Shown here: piece after piece, positions 52,340-61,849 of the stretch | How positions within the stretch are numbered: position 1 is the first letter of the stretch | Layout of the letters: the number at the start of each line of letters is the position of its first letter | Source of the DNA: Nitrospirota bacterium | GTDB lineage: Bacteria > Nitrospirota > Thermodesulfovibrionia > Thermodesulfovibrionales > UBA1546 | Assembly (NCBI GenBank): GCA_026387575.1 | Contig: JAPLLK010000036.1 | Coordinates: 1 to 61,849, forward strand | Reading direction: 5' to 3' | DNA: 61,849 nucleotides | Notes under the pieces: generated by a model | Database searches by the model: none | What the model was told of the DNA's origin: nothing | What the model saw: the letters and a program-made list of their open reading frames with translations, nothing else | Made by a program: the position numbers and the translations under genes

Positions 52340-53178
52340 GCTGTCCCAAGTGCAAGATTAAGCTTAAAGTTGCTGACGAAAAACTAACACCTGAAGGCGT
52401 GAGATTTAAATGCCCGAAATGCAGCGCAGTTCTCCTCGTAAAAAAACCTTCTGTCCAGATAAAACCTCTTGAAGGAAAGGTAATTGTTGCGCATGAAGAC
52501 CCTGCAATTGTTGAAAAGATAAGCAATTACCTTAGAAAGAAAGGATATACGGTTATTACATCAAACGACGGAATAGACACGATGATAAAAGCTATCAAGG
52601 AACTTCCGTTCCTTGCGTTTCTGGATGTTGCACTTCCCAAGATATACGGCTTTGAGTTGTGCAAAAGGCTGAAGGAAAGGCCTGAGACAAAAGACATAAA
52701 AATAATTCTGATCTGCTCAATATATGACAAGACCAGATACAGGAGAGAGCCCAATTCCCTTTATGGAGCTGATGACTATATAGAAGAACACCACATAGAA
52801 GACCTCCTTATGGAAAAGATTGAAGCGCTGCAACCCTTTGCAGGGATGCCTCGCAAAATAGAGGCGCAGCAGCCTCAGGCGGCAATACCTTCAAGGCCGG
52901 AAATAAAAAAAGAGATAAAAACAGAAGCGGATGACGCAGTGGAAAAGGCAAAACGGTTGGCAAGAACAATCATTGCGGATATTTACCTTTACAGTTCAAC
53001 AAAGATGGAAGAAGCAATAAAGAAAAATACCTTCTATGCGGAATTTGCCTCTGATATAAAAGAAGGGACAAAACTTTACAATGGCCGTGTGTCTCAGGAA
53101 GTTAAAAATAAAGGAGATTTCTTCCGCGAGGCAATAGAAAATTTCATAGAAAATAAGAAAAAAACCATAAAAATCTGA
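52330..53178 (+). CDS. MJ0042-type zinc-ribbon / response-regulator receiver fusion protein with an uncharacterised C-terminal domain
   Basis: VVGCPKCKIKLKV...FKCPKCSAVLLV, then REC (VIVAHEDPAIV...LAFLDVALPKIYGFELC...IILICS). GTG start. Confidence 0.68.
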   Translation: MVVGCPKCKIKLKVADEKLTPEGVRFKCPKCSAVLLVKKPSVQIKPLEGKVIVAHEDPAIVEKISNYLRKKGYTVITSNDGIDTMIKAIKELPFLAFLDVALPKIYGFELCKRLKERPETKDIKIILICSIYDKTRYRREPNSLYGADDYIEEHHIEDLLMEKIEALQPFAGMPRKIEAQQPQAAIPSRPEIKKEIKTEADDAVEKAKRLARTIIADIYLYSSTKMEEAIKKNTFYAEFASDIKEGTKLYNGRVSQEVKNKGDFFREAIENFIENKKKTIKI

Positions 53179-53276
53179 AAAAGACAGAAAATACAAGAAA
53201 AAAGCCGATTAAACGAGATTTCAAGCCTTAAATGCCCCTTAAAAGCCCTTGCCTTAAATGCCGGTTAGCTATTATA

Positions 53277-53303
53277 TTAGCACTCTCTGTTAGTGAGTGC
53301 TAA
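53277..53303 (+). promoter_or_regulatory. CIRCE operator (HrcA binding site) TTAGCACTC-N9-GAGTGCTAA
   Basis: Perfect match to the CIRCE consensus, 66 nt upstream of groES. A putative -35/-10 pair (TTGCCT ... TATTAT/TATATT) lies immediately upstream. Confidence 0.88.
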
Positions 53304-53368
53304 CAAGTCCAATCCCGATATTATCGGGACAGCTATCAGTTAAACCTTAAGAAAGGAGATTATCTATT

Positions 53369-55325
<1,957 letters not shown>

Positions 55326-55354
55326 GAGATAAGAGATATTTAGCAGCACACCTT

Positions 55355-55386
55355 AAGAGGCGTATTCAATACGCCTCTTTTGTTTT
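55355..55386 (+). terminator. rho-independent terminator after groEL
   Basis: 10-bp stem AAGAGGCGTA / TACGCCTCTT with a 5-nt loop, followed by TTGTTTT. Confidence 0.8.
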
Positions 55387-55428
55387 GTGCGCATTGACTC
55401 TTGATACTGATTCTGGCATGCTAAAAAA

Positions 55429-56511
55429 ATGAGAAGAAACATCATAATTACAATTTTCTGCCTTGCATTTCTCTATGTTGCATATGCGGCGGTGGAATTC
55501 ATAGTGCCGCTTCCTGAGGGCACAAAAACAAAAGAAGTGCTTATACCCAAAGGCGCTACCTTCAGGCGGGCAGTTGAAATTCTTGCAAAAGAAAATTTAA
55601 TAAGGGACAAAAACCTTTTTATCTTCGCAGGCAGGCTTACAGGGTTGCACAGGAAGATAAGGGCAGGCTACTACTCAATCACAGGCGCAATGAATCCGCT
55701 CTCTGTTTTAATGCTTTTAAAGAACGGGCAGATTGTAGAGTATGACATAACTATAGTTGAAGGCGATTCGCTTCTGGAGATAGGCGAAAAGCTCGTCGAG
55801 ACAAATATTGTTGACAGGGAAGGCTTTGAAGAGCTTTCAACAGACAAAAGTTTCTTGCGGGCATATAATATTGATGCGCCGTCAATTGAAGGTTATATCT
55901 TTCCTGACACATACAAACTGCCCAAGGGCATAGAGCCTGAAAACGCTCTCGGCATGATGATAAACAGCCTGCGGGAAAAATATTCTGAGAAATTAAGGGC
56001 AAGGGCAGCAGAACTTGGGTTCTCTGAAAGGGAGGTTCTTACGCTTGCATCTATAATAGAAAAGGAAGCGGTAATAAATAGTGAGCGGCCGTTAATCTCT
56101 GCTGTTTATCACAACAGGCTCAAAAAGCAGATACCGCTTCAGGCAGATCCTACCGCTGTTTATGGCATAAAGAGGTCAAGCGAAAGAATAACCATGAGTG
56201 ACCTGAAGAGGAAGACACCTTATAATACATATATAATTAAAGGGCTTCCTCCGGGGCCTATCGCATCTCCCGGCATCAAATCAATTGTTGCAGCGCTTTA
56301 TCCTGCTGATGCGGCTTACATATATTTCGTCTCAAACAATGACGGGACTCATCAGTTTTCTGTTACAGAAGAAGAGCATTTCAAGGCAGTGGCTACATAC
56401 AGGGAGAAAAGGCAGAAAGATAAACGGATGGAGCAAGATATAGAGAAGCAAAAAGAGATAGAGAATAAGAATAACAAGAAAAACGGAGAGAAGGACAATG
56501 GGCGCTCGTAA
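55429..56511 (+). CDS. mltG: endolytic murein transglycosylase MltG (YceG-like)
   Basis: N-terminal TM, LASIIEKEA, LQADPTAVYG, and YNTYIIKGLPPGPIASPG. Lys/Glu-rich C-terminal tail. Confidence 0.88.
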   Translation: MRRNIIITIFCLAFLYVAYAAVEFIVPLPEGTKTKEVLIPKGATFRRAVEILAKENLIRDKNLFIFAGRLTGLHRKIRAGYYSITGAMNPLSVLMLLKNGQIVEYDITIVEGDSLLEIGEKLVETNIVDREGFEELSTDKSFLRAYNIDAPSIEGYIFPDTYKLPKGIEPENALGMMINSLREKYSEKLRARAAELGFSEREVLTLASIIEKEAVINSERPLISAVYHNRLKKQIPLQADPTAVYGIKRSSERITMSDLKRKTPYNTYIIKGLPPGPIASPGIKSIVAALYPADAAYIYFVSNNDGTHQFSVTEEEHFKAVATYREKRQKDKRMEQDIEKQKEIENKNNKKNGEKDNGRS

Positions 56512-57547
56512 AAAGACAAGGACAATCTATGTAGGCAAAGTGCCTGTTGGCGACGGGAATCCTGTCAGTGTCCAGTCAATGACAAAGACAGACACGAGGG
56601 ATGTAAAGGCAACCGCAAAACAGATTAAGGCGCTTGAAAAGGCAGGATGCGAAATCATAAGGCTTGCAGTGCCTGACATGGATGCAGCAAAATCGCTCGC
56701 CAAGATAAAAAAATCTGCAAACATCCCGATGATAGCAGATATACATTTTGACTGGAGGCTTGCGCTTGAGGCAATAAAACAGGGAGTTGACGGGCTGAGG
56801 ATTAACCCGGGCAACATAGGCGCAAAGTGGAAGGTTAAAGAAGTTGTTGCATCTGCCAAAGACAACAGAATACCTATCAGGATAGGAGTTAACGCAGGCT
56901 CGCTTGAAAAAGAGCTACTGCAAAAATACGGGCATCCGAAACCAGAGGCGCTGGTTGAAAGCGCAGAGAGTCATATAAGGATTCTGGAAGACATGAACTT
57001 TAAAGATATAAAAGTCTCTCTCAAGGCATCAAATGTTCCAACAACAATAGAGGCATACAGGCTGTTCTCAAAAAAATATAATTACCCGCTTCATGTCGGA
57101 ATATCAGAGGCAGGCCCTCCCTCTACAGGAATAATAAAAAGTTCTGTGGGTATTGGCATATTGCTTTCAGAGGGAATAGGAGACACTATCAGGGTTTCTC
57201 TAACGGCAGACCCCGCTGAAGAGGTCAGGGTAGCATACGGCATACTGAGAACTCTCGGGATAAGAGAGAAAGGCGCTGAGATAATCTCATGCCCCACATG
57301 CGGCAGGTGCAACATTGACCTCAGAGGGCTTGCAAAAAAGGTTGAGGCAAAACTCAGAAATGTTGATACGCCTGTTACCATTGCTGTTATGGGCTGTGTT
57401 GTTAACGGCCCGGGAGAGGCAAGGGAGGCTGACTTCGGAATAGCAGGCGGAAAAAAGAGGGGCATACTATTCAAAAAAGGAAAGATAATAAAACAGGTGA
57501 AGGAAGAAGAACTTCTTGACGCCCTCATTGAGGAGATAGAGGGATAA
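56498..57547 (+). CDS. ispG: 4-hydroxy-3-methylbut-2-en-1-yl diphosphate synthase
   Basis: VSVQSMTKTDT, RINPGNIG, CPTCGRC, GCVVNGPGEA. Confidence 0.93.
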   Translation: MGARKKTRTIYVGKVPVGDGNPVSVQSMTKTDTRDVKATAKQIKALEKAGCEIIRLAVPDMDAAKSLAKIKKSANIPMIADIHFDWRLALEAIKQGVDGLRINPGNIGAKWKVKEVVASAKDNRIPIRIGVNAGSLEKELLQKYGHPKPEALVESAESHIRILEDMNFKDIKVSLKASNVPTTIEAYRLFSKKYNYPLHVGISEAGPPSTGIIKSSVGIGILLSEGIGDTIRVSLTADPAEEVRVAYGILRTLGIREKGAEIISCPTCGRCNIDLRGLAKKVEAKLRNVDTPVTIAVMGCVVNGPGEAREADFGIAGGKKRGILFKKGKIIKQVKEEELLDALIEEIEG

Positions 57548-57548
57548 A

Positions 57549-58403
57549 ATGGAACTGATTCGAATACCGCGCATAATGCATGATACATCAAAAGGGCATC
57601 TGCTTCACGGCAGGGGCATAGGTTTTGTGCCTACAATGGGAGCGCTGCACGAGGGACATCTCAGCCTTATAAAAAGGTCAAAAGACGAAAACGACATCAC
57701 TGTTGTAAGCATATTTATTAATCCTCTCCAATTCGGCCCTTCGGAGAATTTTCAGCAATATCCCCGTGATACAGATGGAGATATCGCAAAGCTCCGCAAG
57801 GCAGGGGCAAACGTTCTTTTTATGCCTGATGCATCCTCAATATACCATGAAGGATTTGCAAGTTATATCACTGTGGACAAAATCTCCGAGAAACTCTGCG
57901 GTGCCTTCAGGCCCGGTCATTTCAGAGGCGTGGCTACAATAGTTGCGAAACTGTTCAATATTGCAAAACCGACAAGGGCATATTTCGGACAGAAGGATTT
58001 TCAGCAGGCTCTTATCATTAAAAAGATGGCTAAAGACCTTGATATGCCTGTAGACATCATTGTCTCGCCGACAATCAGAGAGCATGACGGGCTTGCGATG
58101 AGTTCAAGGAACCTGTATCTGAATGAAGAAGATCGAAAAGCTGCCCTTGTTATATACGGATGTCTCATCCAGACCAGTGAAATGATAAAATCTGGTATAA
58201 TTAATAAAAAGAAGATAAAGGGGTTCATGAAAGAAAAGCTTTCAGCAGAGCCTCTGGTAACAGAGATTCAGTATGCATCTGTATACGATCCCTGCACGCT
58301 GGATGAACTTGAGGCTGTTGAAAAAGAGGCTTTACTTGCGGTTGCGATTAAGATCGGCGGTGTAAGATTAATAGACAACATGCTGGTAAAAAACAGAGGA
58401 TAA
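57549..58403 (+). CDS. panC: pantoate--beta-alanine ligase
   Basis: GFVPTMGALHEGHLSLI, NPLQFGP, FGQKDFQQ. Confidence 0.93.
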   Translation: MELIRIPRIMHDTSKGHLLHGRGIGFVPTMGALHEGHLSLIKRSKDENDITVVSIFINPLQFGPSENFQQYPRDTDGDIAKLRKAGANVLFMPDASSIYHEGFASYITVDKISEKLCGAFRPGHFRGVATIVAKLFNIAKPTRAYFGQKDFQQALIIKKMAKDLDMPVDIIVSPTIREHDGLAMSSRNLYLNEEDRKAALVIYGCLIQTSEMIKSGIINKKKIKGFMKEKLSAEPLVTEIQYASVYDPCTLDELEAVEKEALLAVAIKIGGVRLIDNMLVKNRG

Positions 58404-58425
58404 AATTCAAAGGAGGTAAATTCGG

Positions 58426-58764
58426 ATGTTGCAAAGAGTGCATATACAGATACTTGATAACCCGATGGAAGACATTATCTCCTCCAATGAGAGATTTGAT
58501 AACTATTCAACCAATAAAGTCCTTGCAGAAGAATTGCAAAAGGAGATGAGCTTTTCTTATCCTTATGTGGTATCTGTGGAATATGTAGACCTGTTTACGG
58601 ATGATGAAAGTGATTTTCCCGAGATAAGAGAACTTTTAAGGCACGGGGCAATAAACACTCCTGTTGTGCTTATAAACGGCGTGCCTAAGATACACGGCGG
58701 CATTCCTTATGCTGTTATAAAGACAGAGATTGAAAAGGTGCTGTCCTCAGGGCCTCTGCACTGA
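58426..58764 (+). CDS. hypothetical protein, possibly a thioredoxin-like fold without CxxC
   Basis: 112-aa ORF with SD AAGGAGG upstream. The C-terminal PVVLINGVPKIHGGIPY pattern recalls glutaredoxin/YuzD-like proteins. Weak call. Confidence 0.4.
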   Translation: MLQRVHIQILDNPMEDIISSNERFDNYSTNKVLAEELQKEMSFSYPYVVSVEYVDLFTDDESDFPEIRELLRHGAINTPVVLINGVPKIHGGIPYAVIKTEIEKVLSSGPLH

Positions 58765-58768
58765 ATTT

Positions 58769-59728
58769 TTATCGCAGATTGAAAGCCTGAATAATAACCG
58801 CCTCGCCCATGAATTTTTCTTCTGCTTTCTTGAATCCTGTTTTTGAAAGCCAGCGCTTCATTTCATCCGGCGAATAACTTCTCCCCCCGTCTGTATTGAC
58901 GAGCATGTTAACAGAGAAGAGCGCCCCCTGCGGAGGATGCGCCCTGTCTTTCAGCAGATGGAATTCCTGAATGACTATCCTTCCGCGTTTGTTTAATGCC
59001 CTTTTGCATTTTTTAAGCAGTCTGAGATTATCTTTTTCTGAGAGTGAATGCAGTATCTGGCTTGCAAAGATGAGGTCGTAACCCCTGCCCATGTCGTCCT
59101 GAAGAAAGTCGCCCTCAATGAAGTCTACATTTTTCATGCCCTCTTTTTTCACAACACGCCTTGCGATCTTTACGGTCTCAGGCCTATCAAGGAGCGTGAC
59201 GTCAACTCCTTTTTTAGCCATCTCAATGGAATAAGTCCCGGGTCCTCCTCCGAGGTCAAGTGCGGTCTTTACTCCTCCTACCCCAATCGCCTTAATAACG
59301 GATTTAACTTTCAATGATGCAATATTATGCATACCCATAATAAACGCCTCATGGTCGTGAGCTTTTCTTATCGGCTTCCCTGTCTTTATAACCTTATCCA
59401 GTTCTGACCAGTTCTGCCAAAGCGAATTGGCATGTCTGAGAATATCACCATGATAATAAGCGCTGCCTCTGACAAGAAACTTTGCCGCAATAGGAGCGTT
59501 TGAATATCTGCCCCTGTTCTTTTTCAGAAGCCCTATTCCTGTAATGGCATCAAGAAGAATCTCCGTAGCCCTAAAATCTGTCTTTAGTTTTTTTGCGATT
59601 GCATTTGCCGATTGAGGTTTAATAAGACAATCAAAAATCCTGTAGTTGTTTGCAGTCAGCAGCAGCCTTGAAGCCCAGAACCCTCCCCAGAGTTTTCTTA
59701 ATTCTCCTGCCTCTTCAAGTACGGACAT
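58769..59728 (-). CDS. class I SAM-dependent O-methyltransferase (winged-helix dimerisation domain plus Methyltransf_2-like)
   Basis: SAM motif ALDLGGGPGTYS, followed by DLIFASQILH. Confidence 0.78.
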   Translation of the reverse strand: MSVLEEAGELRKLWGGFWASRLLLTANNYRIFDCLIKPQSANAIAKKLKTDFRATEILLDAITGIGLLKKNRGRYSNAPIAAKFLVRGSAYYHGDILRHANSLWQNWSELDKVIKTGKPIRKAHDHEAFIMGMHNIASLKVKSVIKAIGVGGVKTALDLGGGPGTYSIEMAKKGVDVTLLDRPETVKIARRVVKKEGMKNVDFIEGDFLQDDMGRGYDLIFASQILHSLSEKDNLRLLKKCKRALNKRGRIVIQEFHLLKDRAHPPQGALFSVNMLVNTDGGRSYSPDEMKRWLSKTGFKKAEEKFMGEAVIIQAFNLR

Positions 59729-59742
59729 GATTCCTCCGTTGG

Positions 59743-61107
59743 TTATTTATCTGTGTCATCATTGACTGGTTCAAGTAAATTTAAATTCCTTGGCGTATGG
59801 TCTATCTGTTCAATTATTGGAATTTCATCTGCGCCTGTAACACCTAATTCTTTGAATTTTCTGACAGAAGGCAGAACCCTTGATTCCATGGAGCCTACAG
59901 CCTTATTGTACGCTCCTATAGCCTTATCAAGACCAGAGCCGACATTTTCTAAATGCTGTACCAGAGTATTCATTCTTTCATATAGCTGGCGCCCAAGTTC
60001 GCTTATTACCTGGGCATTTTTTGTGACCTGCTCCTGACGCCATCCATAGGCAATTGCCCTCAGCAATGCGATAAATGTCGTTGGGGTGGCAATGATTACA
60101 CGCTTCTGAATGCCGTCCTCAATAATGGTATTGTCCATCTCAATCGCTGAGCTTAAGAATGATTCGCCCGGGATAAAAAGAACTACAAACTCAGGAGACT
60201 TATTAAACTGGCTCCAGTATTCTTTCGAGGCAAGTTTATTCATATGAGCCCTTACCTGCTGTGCATGTTTTTCCATCTTTGTTTTTCTTTCCTCTTCTGT
60301 CTGTGCAGAAGCAGCGTCAAGACATGCCTCTAATGACACCTTTGAATCAACGACTATCTCCCTGTCCATAGGCAGATGCACGATCATATCAGGCCTTATT
60401 TTCCCTTTTTCTGTATCTACTGACTGCTGTTCAGTAAAATCACAGTGTATGGACATCCCCGAAAGTTCCGCAACCCTTCTTAGCTGCATCTCACCCCACC
60501 TGCCGCGGACTTGCGGTTTTCTTAGGGCAGACACAAGATTGCTCGTTTCTTTCTGAAGTGTTTCGTGAGTTGATGCCAGAGTCCTTAATTGCTCTTCAAG
60601 GCTGCCGTATGCTTTATGTCTGCCGTCTTCCATTACCTTTATCTGTTCTTCGTATCTCTTAAGCGTATCTGATAACGGTTTAATCATCCCGTCCATTGCA
60701 GTCTGGTGTTCTCCGAGTTTGCCTTTTGTCTCTTCAACAATTTTACCGAGGCGTTCTGATGCAAGCGTAAGAAAACTCTCGTTGCTGCTTTCCAATGCTG
60801 CCTTAGAAAGGGCATTGAAAGTGTCTGACATTTCTTTTTTCATAGTCTCAAGCAGCATCTTCTGTTCCTCAAGATTTTTCTGTGATTCTTCTAATCTTGT
60901 AAGCGCTTCAACCCTTGACTTCTTCTCATCATCAAGTTCTTTCCTGAGTAAACTTATCTCAGTTTCTCTTTGCTGAATCTGTCTGCCTCTTTCCTCAACA
61001 ATTGCTTCAGCACCCTTTACCCTTCCTTGAAAGCGGGAAGATGCAAAAAGCCATGCTATGACTCCTCCAATTACAGCACCCAAAATAATAAATAATATAT
61101 TTGTCAT
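59743..61107 (-). CDS. rmuC: DNA recombination protein RmuC
   Basis: N-terminal TM, a long coiled coil, and a C-terminal RmuC nuclease-like domain (RGRWGEMQLRRV..., DMIVHLP...VVDSK, FVVLFIPGE). Confidence 0.87.
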   Translation of the reverse strand: MTNILFIILGAVIGGVIAWLFASSRFQGRVKGAEAIVEERGRQIQQRETEISLLRKELDDEKKSRVEALTRLEESQKNLEEQKMLLETMKKEMSDTFNALSKAALESSNESFLTLASERLGKIVEETKGKLGEHQTAMDGMIKPLSDTLKRYEEQIKVMEDGRHKAYGSLEEQLRTLASTHETLQKETSNLVSALRKPQVRGRWGEMQLRRVAELSGMSIHCDFTEQQSVDTEKGKIRPDMIVHLPMDREIVVDSKVSLEACLDAASAQTEEERKTKMEKHAQQVRAHMNKLASKEYWSQFNKSPEFVVLFIPGESFLSSAIEMDNTIIEDGIQKRVIIATPTTFIALLRAIAYGWRQEQVTKNAQVISELGRQLYERMNTLVQHLENVGSGLDKAIGAYNKAVGSMESRVLPSVRKFKELGVTGADEIPIIEQIDHTPRNLNLLEPVNDDTDK

Positions 61108-61514
61108 TAGTCTTGTTCCTCCACAATATCCGTTCTGACCAGTGTAAGTATGGCAGAATGGGGAACGATAAGGTATTTTTTGTCTTCAAACTCTATCTCT
61201 ACTGCGGCATCTTTGAGAAATATCGCATAATCGCCTTCTGCCGCCTGCAAAGGTATGTATTTTAATTCTTGTTTCTTTTTAGCAGACCACGGCTCTTCAA
61301 GGATTACATTTGGGTCATGAACAGGATAGCCTGGGCCAATTTTTACAACGTAACCTCCCTGAACTTTGTCTTTTTCTTTCACCGTGGGCGGAAGATAAAG
61401 TCCTGTGCTGGTTCTATCTCCTTTATCATCAGGCTCTATCAAAACCCTGTCGCCTACGATTATAAGATTCTTTTTGGCTTTCATAACAGATATTTTAGAA
61501 TATTTTTGTGACAA
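61107..61514 (-). CDS. divergent Cpn10/GroES-like protein (second copy, with insertion)
   Basis: IIVGDRVLIEPDDKGDRTSTGLYLPPTVKEKDKVQGGYVVKIGPG ... EGDYAIFLKDAAVEIEFEDKKYLIVPHSAIL follows the GroES beta-barrel pattern, with an insert of about 25 aa. TTG start preceded by AGGAG. Confidence 0.6.
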   Translation of the reverse strand: MSQKYSKISVMKAKKNLIIVGDRVLIEPDDKGDRTSTGLYLPPTVKEKDKVQGGYVVKIGPGYPVHDPNVILEEPWSAKKKQELKYIPLQAAEGDYAIFLKDAAVEIEFEDKKYLIVPHSAILTLVRTDIVEEQD

Positions 61515-61560
61515 TTAGCTCTTCTCCTGTCTCCTGCTCCTGCGCCTGTGACTGGAAAAT

Positions 61561-61849
61561 TCATTTGCAGTCATTCCCCTCAGGTTCTATATGAACGACA
61601 ATGTCAGTAACCGCAGGGAAACTGCTCTTAATCTTTTCTTCAACAGAGTCGGCAATTTTATGTGCCTCCTCGGCAGACATTTTCGGGTCAACAAGTATAT
61701 GCAAATCGAGATTTATTGAGTGCTCAGTGCCCCTTGTCCTTATGTCATGGCATCCTTTTACTCCTTCAACCCTGTTTATTACTGCCTCGATCGCTACTGT
61801 GTCAATACAGATTGTATCAACAAGCACATCAGATGCCCTTTTAATGATT
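61561..61849 (-). CDS. cation diffusion facilitator (CDF) family transporter, C-terminal cytoplasmic domain only; the 5' part lies outside the window
   Basis: The frame stays open to the window edge (..IIKRASDVLVD..). VEGVKGCHDIRTRGTEHSINLDLHILVDPKMSAEEAHKIADSVEEKI...VVHIEP is the typical ZT_dimer domain. Confidence 0.7.
   Translation of the reverse strand, partial: IIKRASDVLVDTICIDTVAIEAVINRVEGVKGCHDIRTRGTEHSINLDLHILVDPKMSAEEAHKIADSVEEKIKSSFPAVTDIVVHIEPEGNDCK

Noticed and set aside
61524-61554. CTCCTG-like hexamer run (CTCCTGT CTCCTG CTCCTG CGCCTG TGACTG) considered as another member of the heptamer repeat class.
   Set aside because: The period is mostly 6, not 7, and the run is short, degenerate and intergenic. 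It is probably SD-like sequence for the GroES-like gene. It is mentioned under that finding only.

Overview
61.8-kb chromosomal segment from an AT-leaning diderm bacterium. The gene content includes three sigma-54 enhancer-binding regulators, a kdsB-pyrG-kdsA-kdsD KDO cluster, lptD, NikR plus a CbiMNQO-type ECF transporter, pilB-pilC and CIRCE-groESL. This is reminiscent of Nitrospirota/Thermodesulfovibrio-like or deltaproteobacterial-type anaerobes, but taxonomy cannot be established from the sequence alone. Most of the window is tightly packed housekeeping DNA. Many gene junctions are ATGA or 4-nt overlaps, and one minus-strand gene string runs from about 51.4 kb down to 38.7 kb. No rRNA, tRNA, CRISPR array, transposase or integrase was recognised. 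Seven things look non-ordinary. (1) Period-7 (heptanucleotide) tandem repeats recur inside otherwise conserved genes (kdsB, lptD, folC, cbiM, cbiQ, cls, an acyl-ligase fusion) and are translated as low-complexity inserts. (2) A small low-GC-looking islet at 10.9-12.9 kb carries a RelE/ParD-like toxin-antitoxin pair plus a two-gene unit with its own promoter: a Cys-rich zinc-finger protein followed by a small protein with an RNKCLAH (HEPN-like Rx5H) motif. A nested-palindrome miniature repeat bounds the islet, and a second copy of that repeat lies at 51.5 kb. (3) An orphan, divergent UDG-superfamily gene sits between kdsB and priA and is followed by an attC-like bulged hairpin. (4) The PriA homologue has degenerate helicase/ATPase motifs. 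(5) One protein fuses an acyl-AMP ligase, a carrier domain and a PlsC-type acyltransferase. (6) A candidate sigma-54 promoter with two identical 19-bp upstream sites precedes a USP/TSUP operon. (7) A 478-bp structured intergenic region, together with cls, separates a PilS-like kinase from a PilR-like regulator. All functional calls rest on motif recognition in the supplied translations. No database search was possible.
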